Origin: Chiloscyllium plagiosum
Lineage: Eukaryota
Length of the DNA: 64,000 bases
Direction: 5' to 3'
NCBI RefSeq assembly: GCF_004010195.1
Contig: NC_057751.1
Span: 9,995,457-10,059,456, forward strand
Part shown: positions 38,098 through 50,962 of the stretch, piece after piece
Numbering within the stretch: the stretch's first letter is position 1
Layout of the letters: each line of letters begins with the position of its first letter
Position numbers and translations under genes: made by a program
Notes under the pieces: model-generated
The model's input: only the letters and a program-made list of their open reading frames with translations
What the model was told of the DNA's origin: nothing
Database searches by the model: none

Positions 38098-39261
38098 CTG
38101 TCTAAGTCAGGTGTCTTATTTCTGCTGAAGCACTTTGTGCACAAGTTTTGGGAGCAGTTTCATTTACTGCAATAGGATTATACTTTTGACTGGCCTGAGG
38201 ACCAATCTGTGGGCACATGAAAGCAACAGAGCATGACATCATGATATGTCTCCTTGGGACCCTATAACATCCCATTCTCAAATTCAACCCAAAGAAGCAA
38301 TCCCTTTGCAGGCAACAGATCTTCTCCAGATTTCAATGATGTTATACAGTAACGAAGCAGCAAAGACATGAACAAAAATGTTGGAACTACTGCAGTATTG
38401 AAAAGAAGGAAATTTCCTAAAAAGTTTTTTTGTCTTTACAGAGTTGGGATATTCCTTGTGGTGCAATACAGGAAAGGAGGATGGGGAATAGCTTGGTCCG
38501 TGAAAGAGAGGAAAACTCCAGGAAGCTGCGACTGTGCCAGATAAAGTATCATATTACAGGATCCTGTAAACCAGCTGCATTAAAGCTTTTTAACTTCTAG
38601 CAGTTTCAAAAAGCTCTCCTATAAGCTTGTTTAATTGTAGTTAAGCTGTTTTGGATAAGTTAGTACTCGTTCTTTGTCAGATGTAAGACAGAAATTATTT
38701 CATAAATTGTCCTTGATCCTGTCTGATTTTTAGCTGTCAATCTACATATTTTTAGATTCTTTGGCCATGATCACAATACTGTTCATGAGACTGTGCTGTG
38801 TACAGACTGACTGCATGGTTTTACATTACAGCAGTGACCATGCTTCAAGAGTGCTTCATTTGTGACATTGGGATGCCCTGAGGTGGTAAAAAGTTACAAT
38901 ATAAATGCAAAACATTTTTCCTTATATTCTAGCTTATATATCTCCTCCAAGTTTCCAACTTTTATGTTGTTTGGGTTATTCTTACTGGGAAATCAAAAGA
39001 AAAATCAATTCAAAATAGACTGTTCTGTCTTTTGACATTAATTAGTCACAAAAATGTTGTTGATAAGAAGAACAGGAATGGACAAGTGATTATTTAGGAT
39101 TGCTGCGGCATTCACATAGTTTTCACTAACAGTTTCTTCATCACTTATAAGGCAGCTGGTTACCAAGAGAAAATATAGTATGACATGGGATGAGACTAAT
39201 TGGGAAAATAAATAGTTTATTTTCAATTGAGCAAATCAATTTGTAAAGGAACTCAAGGGCA

Positions 39262-41150
39262 GCAGCAGAAAAGCAAAAGAAAAAGCATGCAATGCGGCAA
39301 AAATTAGTGGGAAGCCAGAGGATTGGGAAGCTTTTAAAAACCAGACAGGATAACAAAAAGCATTTAGGGGGAGTAGATTGCAAGAGTTCTTTCAGATATA
39401 TAAAGATAAAAGAGAGGCAAGGGCGGATGTTGGACTCTAAGAAATTGAATCTGGAGAAGAAGTAATGGGGAAACAAAGATATGGCAGAAGAACTGAATGG
39501 ATACATTGCATCAGTTTTCACACTGGAAGACGCCAGTAGCATTCCAGAACTTCAAGAGAGTCAGGGCAGAGGTGAGTGTGACTTCACTAAGGAAAATGTG
39601 GAGAGAAAGCTGAAAAGTCTGAAGGTGAAAAAATCACCCAGACCAGAAGGACTGCACCCAGACTTCTGAAAGTGATAGCTGAGCAATTGGTGGTGATCTT
39701 TCAGGATTCACTGCAGACAGAGAGAATCCCAGAAACTAGAAAATGGCTTGTGTAACTCCCATACGTAGGAAGGGAGGAAGGCAGAAGAAAGGAAGCTACA
39801 GGCCAGTTAACCTGACCTTGGTTGTTGATAAGATTTTACAGTCTGTTCTTAAGGATAGGACTGCAGAAGCGCATGATAAAATAGGGCTGAATCAGCATGG
39901 CTTCGTCAAGAGGATGTCACGACTGATAATCTATTAGAATCCTTTGAGGAGGTTATGAGCAAATTAGGCAAAGGAGAGCCACTGGACTTGATCCATTTGG
40001 ATTTCCAGAAGGCCTTTGTCAAGGTGTCGGAAAGGAGGCTGCTAAATATGATAAGAGCCTATGGTGTTGGGGCAAAGTACTGGATGAAGGCAGAGAGTAG
40101 GGATGAAGGTGTTTTTCTCAGGATGGCAGTTGGTGATTAGTGGAGTTCCACAGGGGTCACTATTGGGACCACAGTTATGCATGTTACACATTAACGATCT
40201 AGATGAATGAACTAAAGGCATTATTATTATGTTTGCTGATGACACAAGGACAGGTAGAGGGGCAGGTAGTGTTGAGGAAGCAGGGAGACTACAGAAGTGC
40301 TTGGACCAGCTCGGAGAATGGGCAGCAAAGTGGAAGCTAGAATAGAACATGGGGAAGTGTGAGGTTATACACTTTGGCAGGAAGAATAGAGGCATAGACT
40401 ATTTTCTCAATGGGGAAAAGCTTCAAAAATCTGAAATACAAGGGGACTTGGGAGTTCAAGATCAAGATTCTCTTAAGGTTAACATGCAGGATTAGTTGGC
40501 AGTAAGGAAGGCAAATGCAATGTTAGTATTTATTTCAAGAGCACTGGTATACAAGGGCACAAATGTACTGCTGAAGCTTCATAATGCTCTGGGCAGACTG
40601 GGCATTTGCAATATTGTGAGCAGTTTTTGGCCCAATATCTAAGGATGTGCTGGTGTTGGAGAGGTTCCAGAGGATGTTTAGAACAAAGATTCCAGGGACA
40701 AAGGGTTTGTCATATGAGGAGCAATTGAGGACTCTGATTCTGGACTTGATGAAATTTAAGGATGTGGAGGCATCAACTTGAAACTCACAAGATACTGAGA
40801 GGCTTGGATGGAGTGGACATGCAGAAGATGTTTCCACGAGCAGTGAGAGATCAGGACCTGATGGTACAGCCTTAGAGTGAAGGAACAACCCTTTAGAACT
40901 GAGATAAGGCGGAATTTCTTCAGCCAGATGGTGGTTAATCGAAGGAACTCATTGCCACAGAGGGCTCTGGAGGCCAAGTTATTGCGTGTATTTAAGACAG
41001 AGATAGGTAGATTCACGATTGGTAAGGAGATTGAGAGTTACAGGGAGAAGATGAGAGAATGGTTTTGAGGAACACAGCAGCTGTGATCAAATGGTGGGGC
41101 AGACCCGATGGGCCAAATGGCATAACTGTGCCCATTTATGTCATGGTCTT
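39262..41150 (+). mobile_element. Decayed CR1-type LINE (RT + 3' end)
   Basis: KSPRPEGLHP, SYRPVNLT, LDFQKAF, FADD remnant (tttgctgatgac), FRTEIRRNFFSQ. Confidence 0.88.
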
Positions 41151-41304
41151 CTGTCTCATAGCCCAGTGTGATGAATGATTATGTCGTGTCAAACAGATGG
41201 AATCAGAGAAAAACAGATAGTTGCATTTGTACTGTTCAGCAGGATTGGAACTTCCTTTGTTATAAACTTACTGAAGATAAGTGTTCAAAAGATTTTTTAC
41301 ATAC

Positions 41305-41736
41305 CCTGGTGTTCTTCCAGTGGCTGAGACTTTTCTTCCTCTTCTTGTGAAGGTAGCTGAGGCTTTTCTTCTTCATGCAAAGGTTCCTTTGTGGGCTCAA
41401 GTTTTTCAACTGGTTTCTTGGGTTTCTTTGCTTTCTCAGATTTTGGCAGCTTTTCTTTGGGGGTTTTCTCTTTCTTTGGTTTTGAATTTTTGTCTTTGGG
41501 TTTTCGCTCTTTCTTTGGTTTTGGAGGTTTCTCTTTGGGTTTTTTCTCTTTCTTAGGCTTTGGAGCCTTTATCTTGGGCTTTTTTTCTTTCTTGGCCTTT
41601 TTGGGTGTTCCTCTTGGTTTTGTCATTTTCTCAGCTGTCACTATTGGCAGACTATCTGATTCTTCACGTCTCTTTCTTACTTGTGGAAGAGATTTTTCGG
41701 GATCATTTGTCTTGCCAATAGATTTCCTGGTTCTCA
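41305..41736 (-). CDS. AEBP1: AEBP1-like coding exon 2, Lys/Pro-rich repeat region (432 nt, phase 1-1)
   Basis: Acceptor cttctgttttaacAG, donor G|GTATGT, open frame (V)RTRKSIGK...KKEKKPKEKPPKPKK...LEEHQ. KKPKEKPPK matches the Lys/Pro repeat of ACLP/AEBP1. Confidence 0.9.
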
Positions 41737-42679
41737 CTGTTAAAACAGAAGTAACAAGAGAAGTAATTAAAAGTGTGAGGAGAATAAAAGAGTGAGGTGA
41801 GCAAAAGACTGAAAAGTAACTTAAATGGAAATGTTACTTGCTAAACCAAAGAATAATGCAAGAATAGTTCGAGAAAATATAAGAGCATATGAACTGAAGA
41901 AATATAAAGGAAGATGGAAAAATGAGAGAGACACGAGATAACTTGATTTTCATCAGAGCATTATTGCACAGGTATGGAAATGAAAAGAACAGCAAAATGT
42001 GTAGCTAACAATGGGGAGCTGCACGAAAGAATGGTTATTTTTAAAAATGAAAGGTGATTACATCTGGTCCCAAATATCTTGGAATGCTCAGGAAGCTCGA
42101 GGGGCAACAAGCATTTCAGAATCGTACAATGAATACGCAGGTAAATTTTAACATTAATTCCCAATCATTTAAAAAGTGTATTGTGATGCTTACTCATTGC
42201 TGATCCCCATAAAACAAAAATAATTTTTGATTCATGATACTTTTCTCACTCTATACTGACCATGTGCTGTCAGCTTTCAGACACATGGCACATTTTAAAA
42301 TGCACTGCATCTGTCCCCAACTATTATCAAGTTGTCAAGCCCATTGTTCAGAAATTGTACTATTTTACACGATGCTTGGATGAGGAAAATCCTTCAGCTC
42401 ATTTCATTTCATCCTTGGAGAATACTGATTCCATCTCTTTCCAACACATATGTTTTTTTTTAAATGAACCAAACGACTGTCTCATGCAGATTCTATCCCA
42501 GACACAAGTTCTTGTTCGATGTCATGATAGTTTTTGATTCCAATCCAACCCACTTCATTCCTAAATTCCAGGCCTATTTCAGACAAGGGTAATGGAAGAG
42601 AATGAAGTCCTGATAAAATTGCTCATTAAAAAATAGAGAGAGAGAGATTATAATTTGGAAATCTAGATAGGATACTAGC

Positions 42680-44250
42680 TGGGGATTTCACCACCAAAGG
42701 TGGTTTGACTCCTGCTCTCCTAATTAAAATGGTCAGGTCTTAAAGGACGTTGCTGCTCGACCAGGTTTGCGACAAGTGCTGAGGGAACTAACAAGAGAGA
42801 AAAATATAGTTGACCTCATTCTCACCAGTCTGCTGGCTACAGATGCATCTGTCCATAACAGCATCAGTAGGAGTTACCCCTCACAGTCCTTGTGGAGAGG
42901 AACACCTGCTTTCAAATTGAGAATACCTCACATGGCACTGCCACTGTGTTGAATAGGACAGACTTTGAACAGATCGAGCCACTGAAGCTGAATTTTCTAT
43001 GAGGGACTGTGGGCTATCGAACAACAGCAGAATTGTATTCCACCACAAACTGCAATCTTAAGTTCCAGAATATCTCCCACTCCCCCATGACCATCATGCC
43101 AGGGGTTCAGCCCTGTTTTAATGAAGAGTGCAGGAGGGCATGCCAGGAGGAGCACGTGGCACACTTGAAAATGAGGTGTCAAACTGGTGAAGTTACAAAG
43201 CAGGACTACTTACATGTCAAACAGCATAGCACAAAGTGATAGACAAAGCTAGCCACCTCACAACCAGTGGATTAGATCTAAGTTCTGCTGTCCTGCTACA
43301 TCCTGATGTGAATAATAGTGGACAATTAAACAACTCAGTGGAGGGGGAAACTCCACACATATCTCCATCCTCAATAATGAGAATGTCCAGCATGTGAATG
43401 CAAAAGATATGACAGAAGTGCTGAGCAGATGATCATCTCAGCCACCTCCAGAGGACCCCAGCGTTACAGATGCTTGTCTTTAGCCAATGCGATTCACTCC
43501 AATTGATACCACAAAGGAGTTGGAGGCACTGGATAGTGCAAAGACTATGGGCCTGACAACATTCCAGCAATTGCCCGTAGTGTTAGTTGAAGGGGTAAAT
43601 GTAGGAGAATGGGTCTGGGTGGGTTACGCTTCGGCGGGTCGGTGTGGACTTGTTGGGCCGAAGGGCCTGTTTCCACACTGTAAGTAATCTAATCTAATCT
43701 AATCAATGAGGACTTTTGTTCCAGAAGTTGCTAGACATTATCTAGGCTGAGTCTGAAAAGTGGCTAGTACCTTTTGCGCCACACAAATGCCAGGCAATGA
43801 TCATCTTCAACAAGAGACAACCTAACTACCACACCTTGACATTCAATGGTGTTACCATCATGGACTCCTCAACAATCAACATTCAGGGGGTTATACCATT
43901 GACCAGAAAGTGAAGTGGACTCACCACTTAAGTTAAATGGCTAAAAGAACAGGTCAGAGGCAAGGAATCTGTCAGTGAGGAACAGGGCTCCTGACTTCCC
44001 AAAACCTGTCCACCATCTATAAGACATCAGGTGTGATAGAATTTAACTTGCCTGCATGAATGCAGCTCCAACAACACTCAACAAGCTCAAAACAATCCAG
44101 CCTGTTTGATTGGCACCACATCCACAAATATGCACTCCTTCCACCACCGCAGCTCACAAGCAGCAGTATGTACTATTTACAAGATGCACTACAGAAATTT
44201 GCCAAAGATCATTAGAAAGCACTTTCCAAACCCATGACCACTCCAACTAG
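42680..44250 (+). mobile_element. Ancient CR1/L2-group LINE remnant (continues ~46305-46460 after the Rex insertion)
   Basis: LRQVLRELTREKNIVDLILT (EN end), PCFNEECRRA. Related minus-strand remnants at ~52990-53640 and ~59880-60790. Confidence 0.6.
43569..43704 (+). mobile_element. 5'-truncated HE1 SINE (3' 135 nt)
   Basis: Matches the 3' half of 30471-30768, with (TAATC)4 tail. Confidence 0.9.
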
Positions 44251-46300
44251 ATACCATGAATGAACCAGAAGATCCACTCCTTACTTAAGTCCAGGTCTGA
44301 GACGTTCATGTCAGGCGATCCTGACCTATGCAGGAAATCCATGTACAGCCTTCGCAAGGCCATTGAGAAAGCCAAGAGGTAATACCAAAGTAAGCTTGAG
44401 GCCCAGAGTGGATAGCCATCATTTGTGGCAAAAGTCAAACGTGATAAAATGTCAAACAGCTGCATATCCCCACCTAATAAGCTCAATGCCTTCTATGTTT
44501 GCTTTGAACTGAAATGATATCACCTGTCCCATCAGCTTTGGATGTACTTCTACCCTCAGTCAATGCCACAGATGTTAGATAGGCCTTCTTAAGGTTGAAT
44601 CCAAGGAATGCGACAAGCCCAAATAGAGTCCCGGTCATGCATTCAGTTCCTGTGTGGTCCAGCTGGCAGGAGTATTCACAGACATCTTTAACCTGTCCTT
44701 TCCACGATCTGAAGTTCCCAGCTGCATCAAGAAGGCCACCATCATTCCAGTGCCAAAGAAAAATCATGCAGCTTGCCTCAATGACAACTGCCCAATGGCT
44801 CTGACTTTCATAATTATGAAGTGCTTTGAGAGATTGGTTATGGCTTGATTGCCATATGATTGCCTTGATTTCCTACAACTCGCCTGCTACTGCAACAGAT
44901 CCATGGCAGTGGATGCCATCTCCTGGACCCTACACTCATATTTGGAACATCTGTCTGGACAACAGGCATACCTATGTCAGGCTCCTACTTATTGATTACA
45001 GCTTCACCTTCAACACCATAATTCCGAACAAACTCACCTCTAAACTCACTGCTCCCCAATCTTCAACTGGATTCTCAACTTCCTGAGCAACAGACCACAG
45101 TCAGTAAAGATAGTTGACAACAGCTCCTCCATGACAATCCTCAAGACTGCATGCTGAGCCCCCTACTATAATCCTTATATGAATACGACAGTTGCTAAAT
45201 GCAGCAACAACTCTATTCACAAGTTTGCTGGTGACACCATCATTGTAGGTTTGATCTCAAACAGCGATGAGGAGTACAGGAAGGAGATAGAGTGCTTAAC
45301 AGCATGTTGTACAGACAACAGCCTCTCCATCAACATCAGCAAAATGAAGAAGCTGGCAATTGACTTCAGGTAGTAGAGTGGAGGGCACACACCTGTCTGC
45401 ATCATAGTACTGAGATGGAGATGGTCGCGAATGTCAAATTGCTGGGAGTGACGAGTACCAACAATCTGTCCTGGTCCACCCGTATTGACCCTAAGGTCAA
45501 GAAAGTACAGCAATGTCTCTAATTCCTCAGGAAACTGAGGAAATTTGACATGTCCAGAAAGACTCTTACAAATTTTTACAGACGCACCATAGAAAGCATC
45601 CTGTATCGCAGTATGGTGTGGCAACTGTTCTTTCCAAGACTACAAGAAACTACAGAGAGTTGTGAATACAGCCCAGTCCATCACACAAACAAGCCTCCTA
45701 TCTTTTGACTTCATCTATCCTTCCTGCCGCATCAGGAAAACAATCAATATAATCGAAGACCCATCCCAGTTATACTCTCTTCCACTGTTTTCCATCGAGC
45801 AGAAGATCCAACAGTTTAAAAACAACTGCATACTGACCCTCCGAGCAGCATCCCACCCTACTCAACTCCCCTACCCTATCCCTGTAAACCCACAGTTCCT
45901 ATGGCTAATCCACCTTGCCTGCACACCCCTGGACATTATGGGCAATTTGGCACATTGAATCCAGCAAACCTGAACATCTTTGGACTGTGGAAAGAAACCA
46001 GATCACCCAGAGGAAACCCACACAGACACAGGGAGAATGTGCAAATTCCACACAGACAATCACCGGAGGGTGGAATCAAGTCGAGGTCTCTGGCACTGTG
46101 AGGCCACAGTGCTAATCACTGATCTACCATGCTGTCCCTAATGTTGAACTCTCTCTGCACTTCTTGGCAGCTGTAACACTATGTCCTGCACTCTGTTCTG
46201 TTACCCTGATGGACTTGTATAGGACGATCTGCCTGTAAAGCACGTAAGACAACCCTTTTCACTGTACCTCAGTAAATGTGACAGTCATAAATCAAATCCA
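44250..46300 (+). mobile_element. Rex1/Babar-type LINE remnant
   Basis: QLAGVFTDIFNLS, KATIIPVPKK...CLND..P.ALT..IMKCFERLV, YVRLLLIDYS..FNTIIP, KFAGDTIIVGLI; tail cttttcactgtacctcagtaaatgtgaca. Confidence 0.88.
45830..46138 (-). mobile_element. HE1-like SINE (older) nested in the Rex 3' region
   Basis: catctttggactgtgg...gaggaaacccacacagacacagggagaatgtgcaaa V-domain on the minus strand. Confidence 0.8.
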
Positions 46301-46973
46301 TTCAAGCAGATACATGGGAATACTACCACCTGAAAGACCCCTTCCAAGCCACTCGCCATTCCTTAAGTTCGCCGGATCAAAATTCTGGAATTCCCTCCCT
46401 CATATACAGCATACCGATTGCAGTGGTTCAAGAAGGCAGATGAATATATTTCACAAGAGAATAAAGTATGGATTACAACCTGAATATGCATTTTAACTGC
46501 AGCAACACAAGATGGGCATGATGTTAATTGTGTTGCACAAACAAGGGTCAGTATGGACTTGAATGGCCTGCTTCCACACTGTAGGGATTCTGTGATCCTA
46601 ACATTACAGGTCCATTCAAAAGTCTGATAACAGCAGGGAAGAAGCTTTCCTTGAATCTGCTGGTACGTTTTTTTTCGAACTGTGAGATCTTCTGTCTAAC
46701 TGATAATGAAAGAGTAAAACTGGGGTGGGTCTTTGATAATGTTGGTTGTTTTTTCTGATGCCACTGCACACAGAAAAGATGACTGGAGCAGCATTAAAAG
46801 CAATCTAGAAGACAGACAATTCAAATATTATCCCAGGACATAGTAGTCTTATTTATTCATATTTAGAATGTGTGTCTTTGTATGGGGCATCCCAGTAATG
46901 TTACCAATGACTCGACCAAGTCAGGTACATCTGTGCTCTTTCCATCTTGTTTGGACTAAAGTTTGACACTTAC

Positions 46974-47226
46974 CAGTAGGTGTTTCTTTCGAAGACTTCT
47001 CAGCTACCATTGTTCTTAAGGGTCCGATGGATTCTGCACGATTCACTGTTCCTTCAGGAGGGCTCATATCAGGACCCAGCCCAGCGCCTGGTGTTTTCTC
47101 ATTTCCCTGTCCCGATCTATCCTGGAGTTGAGAATCTTCAGGGCTAAGATGGGCGAGTAGGGATTGAGTGGACCCAGCGCTACTCAAGGCGAGAAGGAGT
47201 GTTAGGACTCGAACAGCACCGTTCAT
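46974..47226 (-). CDS. AEBP1: AEBP1/ACLP-like gene, first coding exon (signal peptide; 84 codons + 1 nt)
   Basis: ATG in Kozak-like context gccagcATG. Encodes MNGAVRVLTLLLALSSAGSTQS...KETPT with a hydrophobic signal-like N-terminus. Ends at donor G|GTAAGT (phase 1), in frame with the next exon. Symbol means AEBP1-like; orthology not proven. Confidence 0.8.
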
Positions 47227-47285
47227 GCTGGCTTGGTGTGGATCCGACTGTGCAAACCTGCAAATAGTTGAAAGAGATTGACAAA
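47227..47285 (-). promoter_or_regulatory. 5'UTR part of the ATG exon with a strong splice acceptor (exon start 47257), implying an upstream non-coding exon
   Basis: Minus strand gtcaatctctttcaactatttgcAG|gtttgcac, 31 nt upstream of the ATG. Confidence 0.55.
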
Positions 47286-47759
47286 AACTGTGCTGTGAGT
47301 TCCACTGCCTTCTAGCAGCAAGACAGTGGGTACCGGGACAGGTCCAGTCAGAGCAAGCCAATTTTCAGAGCAGCATGGAGGGAAGCCAGCACCGATACTC
47401 CCAAACCAAAGACAGGCAGATTCGCCCACACAAACACCAATCGGCTGTGTTTGAAAATCAAAAGTTTTGTCAAATTCTTGCCACGTTGTGTGTCCTTTTA
47501 ATCTCAAAAAAATTCAGTTGCTAAAGAGTTAATCTTCGTCTGTGAACACGATTAATCTGCGGTAATAAAACTCTTTTAAATAGTATCTGCAATAAAAAAA
47601 AACTCTTGAATAGTGCGGAAAGTTTTTTGCAATGAGTTTGGATGGAGTTTGCAGAACAGTGTTCCCGGGCAATCACTGAACTTCCCCTCTTTGATGCTGC
47701 TCAATGACCGCTTCGAAATGTCCCCTGCACTTTCTCTGTCTGCCTGCTGCTGTGCTCAG

Positions 47760-47975
47760 CCGGCTTACTGGGTTTGCCAGCTGTACTTTTTGGTCATAAA
47801 CAAGGAAGGAAATTAAAGCCCCCGCCCCCCCCCCCCCCCCAATCCATACACACGTCTGAAAAGCGAAAAGAGAGGGAAAAAATACTTGGCATAGATTTTT
47901 CCAACTCAACAGCCAACATAAATCAGAAAGGAGATTAAATTAGCAAAACAGCAAGTGAGTCATTTACCGAAATCC
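47760..47975 (-). promoter_or_regulatory. Possible promoter / 5'UTR-exon region: GC box with poly-G, AP-1 site, candidate donors
   Basis: GGGGCGGGGGC in a G-tract at ~47818-47840 (minus); TGAGTCA at 47956-47962; donor-like GTAAGC (47763-47768) and GTAAAT (47962-47967). Repeat-poor sequence just upstream of the ATG exon. Confidence 0.3.
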
Positions 47976-48162
47976 CAGGCAGCAGAAAACATTGGGAGCT
48001 CATCATTAAAGAGATGATAGCCCTCTGTGATTTCCGTATCAAGATACAAAAAGAAATTTCCAGGGCTATAAGCTCTAAATGTTGCCTGTTCGAGAACTTC
48101 CCTTCAGGTTGCAGGGTGGTGCACTTTATACTTTTTGGAATAACAAAACTCCATCATTTATA

Positions 48163-48825
48163 GGAGAGTCATGGAGACGTATAGCACGGAAACAGGCACT
48201 TAAGTCCAATTCGTCCATGCCAAACAGATATCTCAAATTAATCTATTCCCATTTGACAGCATTTGGCTCAAATTCCTCTAAACCCTTCCTATACATATCC
48301 CGATCCAGATGCCTTTTAAATGCTGTCATTGTACTAGCCTCCACTACTTCCTCTGGCAGCAAATTGCATACAGGCATCACCCTCTACGTGAAAAAGTTGT
48401 CCCTTGGGTCCCTTTTAAATCTTTTCCCTCTCACCTTCAACCAATGCCCTCTAGTTTTGGGCTCCCCCACTCCAGGGGAAAGACCTTGTCTATTTACCCT
48501 ATCCATGCCCCTGATGATTTTACAAAACCCATTGAAGTCGTCCCTCAGCCTCCAACAGTCCAGGGGAAACAGCCCCAGCCTATTCAGCCTCTCTGTATAG
48601 CTCAAACCCTCCAACCCTGGCAACAGTCTTGTAAATCTTTCCTGAACCCTTTCAAGTTTTACAAATCCTTCCTGTACACAGTATTCCAAAACTGACCTAA
48701 CCAATGTCCTGTACAGCCACATCACAACCTCTCAACTCCAATACTCAGTGCACTGACCAAAAAAGGCAAGCGTACCAAATGCCTTCTTCATAATCCTATC
48801 TATCTGTTACTCCACTTTGAAAGTA
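48163..48825 (-). mobile_element. 5'-truncated CR1-type LINE
   Basis: LYRTLVRSVLEYCVQ, GLSYTERLNRLGLF, KTRGH.LKVRGKRFK. Confidence 0.88.
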
Positions 48826-49089
48826 TCTATCTCTTGACATTTTAAATAGATTTCTCTTGAGAAATTGCTCATCTTTTGCTTCTCAGACTCAGCGATAACT
48901 TTCCAAAAGGTGCTGGGAGGAATTCAGCAGTGACGTGCCAGTTCACAATCTATGATTTTAAAAGCTTTGACAGCTACTGAGTCTTTTCTACCATTTACTG
49001 AGACTGTAGCTGATCTCCAGTCTCATTCTATCTGCTCACCTTTTCCCCCATATGCTTTTAATATCAATTTTAGTTTAAATTTAACAAAA

Positions 49090-49481
49090 GATCAGTTCAG
49101 ATAATGCATTGAAGGTGTGAAGTTAAAGTCAGTCTGTGTCCCAATGATAGGCCAATGTTAGGTTTAATCCATGTAAAATTCTGTAAATCCCACTTTAGAA
49201 ATAGAATCAGTCTGACCGAACGTCTTGAGAATGTAACTTTAAAAAGTTCGGGGATTTACATGTGAAGGAATAAACACGAACATGATCATTTTAAAAGATG
49301 AAAGACTCAAACTAAATTTGTTTAATATTACATTCCATGACACTGTAATCCAGTTGCTGTAAGTTCTGTGTTATATGATTCTTCTTCACAACCACCTGAT
49401 GAAGAAGCACAGCTTCGAAAGCTAGTTCCTCCAAATAAAGCTGTTCGACTATAACCTGGTGTTGTTTGATTTCTAACTTTG
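49090..49481 (+). mobile_element. Penelope-like 3' end (third family) with hammerhead core
   Basis: CTGATGA-A-GAAGC-aca-GCTTC-GAAAGCTA at 49396-49424, followed by AATAAA and ctataacctggtgttg. Confidence 0.65.
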
Positions 49482-50827
49482 ACCAGAATGTTATGAATGA
49501 ATTTGCCCAGATGTCCCAGAATACTGAAGCAGTCAAATCAAGATGAACACAAGCTGTAGCAATGCAAAATACTCCCAACTTTATTTGGAAAATGTTACAA
49601 CAACATACTATCTTTAATCCTATTTGGTCCCTTAAGTTTACAATACTTCGTGAGTCTGTTGTAGACTTACTCTCTCTTTCTCTCTCTGGTTCTCGGTCTG
49701 CAAAGGTGCTTTCTCTCTTTGTGTGTGTGTGTGTCTCTGTCTCCCCAGATGGTCAGCTTGTCTCTGCCTCTTGAAGACAGAAGACCTCCAGAAGACAGAA
49801 GAGCGATTGGTCTTCAGGTGAACGCTATTTTTACAGATTTTTGGATGATTTTCTGGAATTTTCTGTAGTTCTGTAGTTCTCCCAATCAGGGAAGACACAC
49901 TTAATAGTTTGAAACATTGTCAATCATTTGAATGGCTTACTACTGTTAGTTTCTTTGTGTAGCAGCACCTGGTGCCTTTCTGTCTGTGCCCTCCTTTGTT
50001 TGGTGGTACATTGTCGGGGAAACGTCTCTTCGAATAACAGTTGCCTTTCACATTATGCTAATGTCATTAGCACTTTGCTGCTGCATTTGCACTGTGTCTG
50101 ATGTGTGTGTGTTCTGTGACTTCAGAGTTTTATTTGGCCAGTATACCCAGCATCCTTTGCTGTTTGGCCAGGAAGCTGCTAAAAACCCATCCAGCCCTCT
50201 CAGTATTCTGCAGGTTTCAAATATATTCCTCTCTCATCCTTCTAAACTCCATCCAGGACAGACCCAGTGCCTTCAACCACTCCTCATATGACAAGCCCTT
50301 CTTCCCTTGGATCATTCTTATAAAACTCCTCTGCTCCCCCTCCAAAACCAGCGTTTCCTTCCTTGAATCTGGAAACAAAAACTGCTCACAATATTCCAAA
50401 TGCAGTCTGATTAGAGCCTGAAACAACCTCAGTGGTAAATTTCTGCTCTTGTATTCAAATCCTCATCTAGCCCACTGATCCTGCAGGTTGACCTTAAGAG
50501 AATCCTGAACAAGGCTCCCAAGTCCATTTGTGCTTCAGATTTCAAAGCCTTTCACTGTTTAGTAAAATAGCATATATCTGTATTCTTTCTGCCTAAGTGC
50601 ACATTTTCCCACATTCGATTCCATCTTCCACTTCTTTGCTCACTCTCTGACCCTGTCCAAGCCCTCTGCAGCCTCCCTGCTTCTTCAACACTATTTGTCC
50701 CTATCTTTGTATCAACTGCAAACTTAGCAACAATGCCCTTTGTTCCTTCAAAGTATAACATGAATACTTGTGGTCTCAACATGGACCCCTGCAGAACTCC
50801 ACTAGTCATCGGCTGCCGTCCTGAAAA

Positions 50828-50962
50828 TGTTGATTCCTGATGAAGGGCTTATGCCCGAAATGTCTATTGTCCTGTTTCTAGGATGCTGTCTGACTGGCTG
50901 TGCTTTTTCAGCGCCACATTCTCAACTCTGATCTCCAGCATCTGCAGTCCTTACTTTCTCCT
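50828..50962 (+). mobile_element. Solo 135-nt Penelope terminal-repeat unit
   Basis: Perfect 12-bp TSD CCGTCCTGAAAA (50816-50827, 50963-50974); hammerhead core at 50837-50864. Confidence 0.85.

Noticed and set aside
41281..41795. Plus-strand Phe/Leu/Gly-rich 'membrane-like' ORFs
   Set aside because: Antisense shadow of the Lys/Pro/Glu-rich exon 2.
46921..47361. 146-aa ORF taken as a whole gene
   Set aside because: Only 46974-47226 is supported; it has an acceptor upstream and a GTAAGT donor downstream.
37409..50827. Shared CTGAAA in the TSDs of two solo Penelope units, as target specificity
   Set aside because: Only two sites, at different offsets, and the third TSD (CTTCCCTCA) lacks it.
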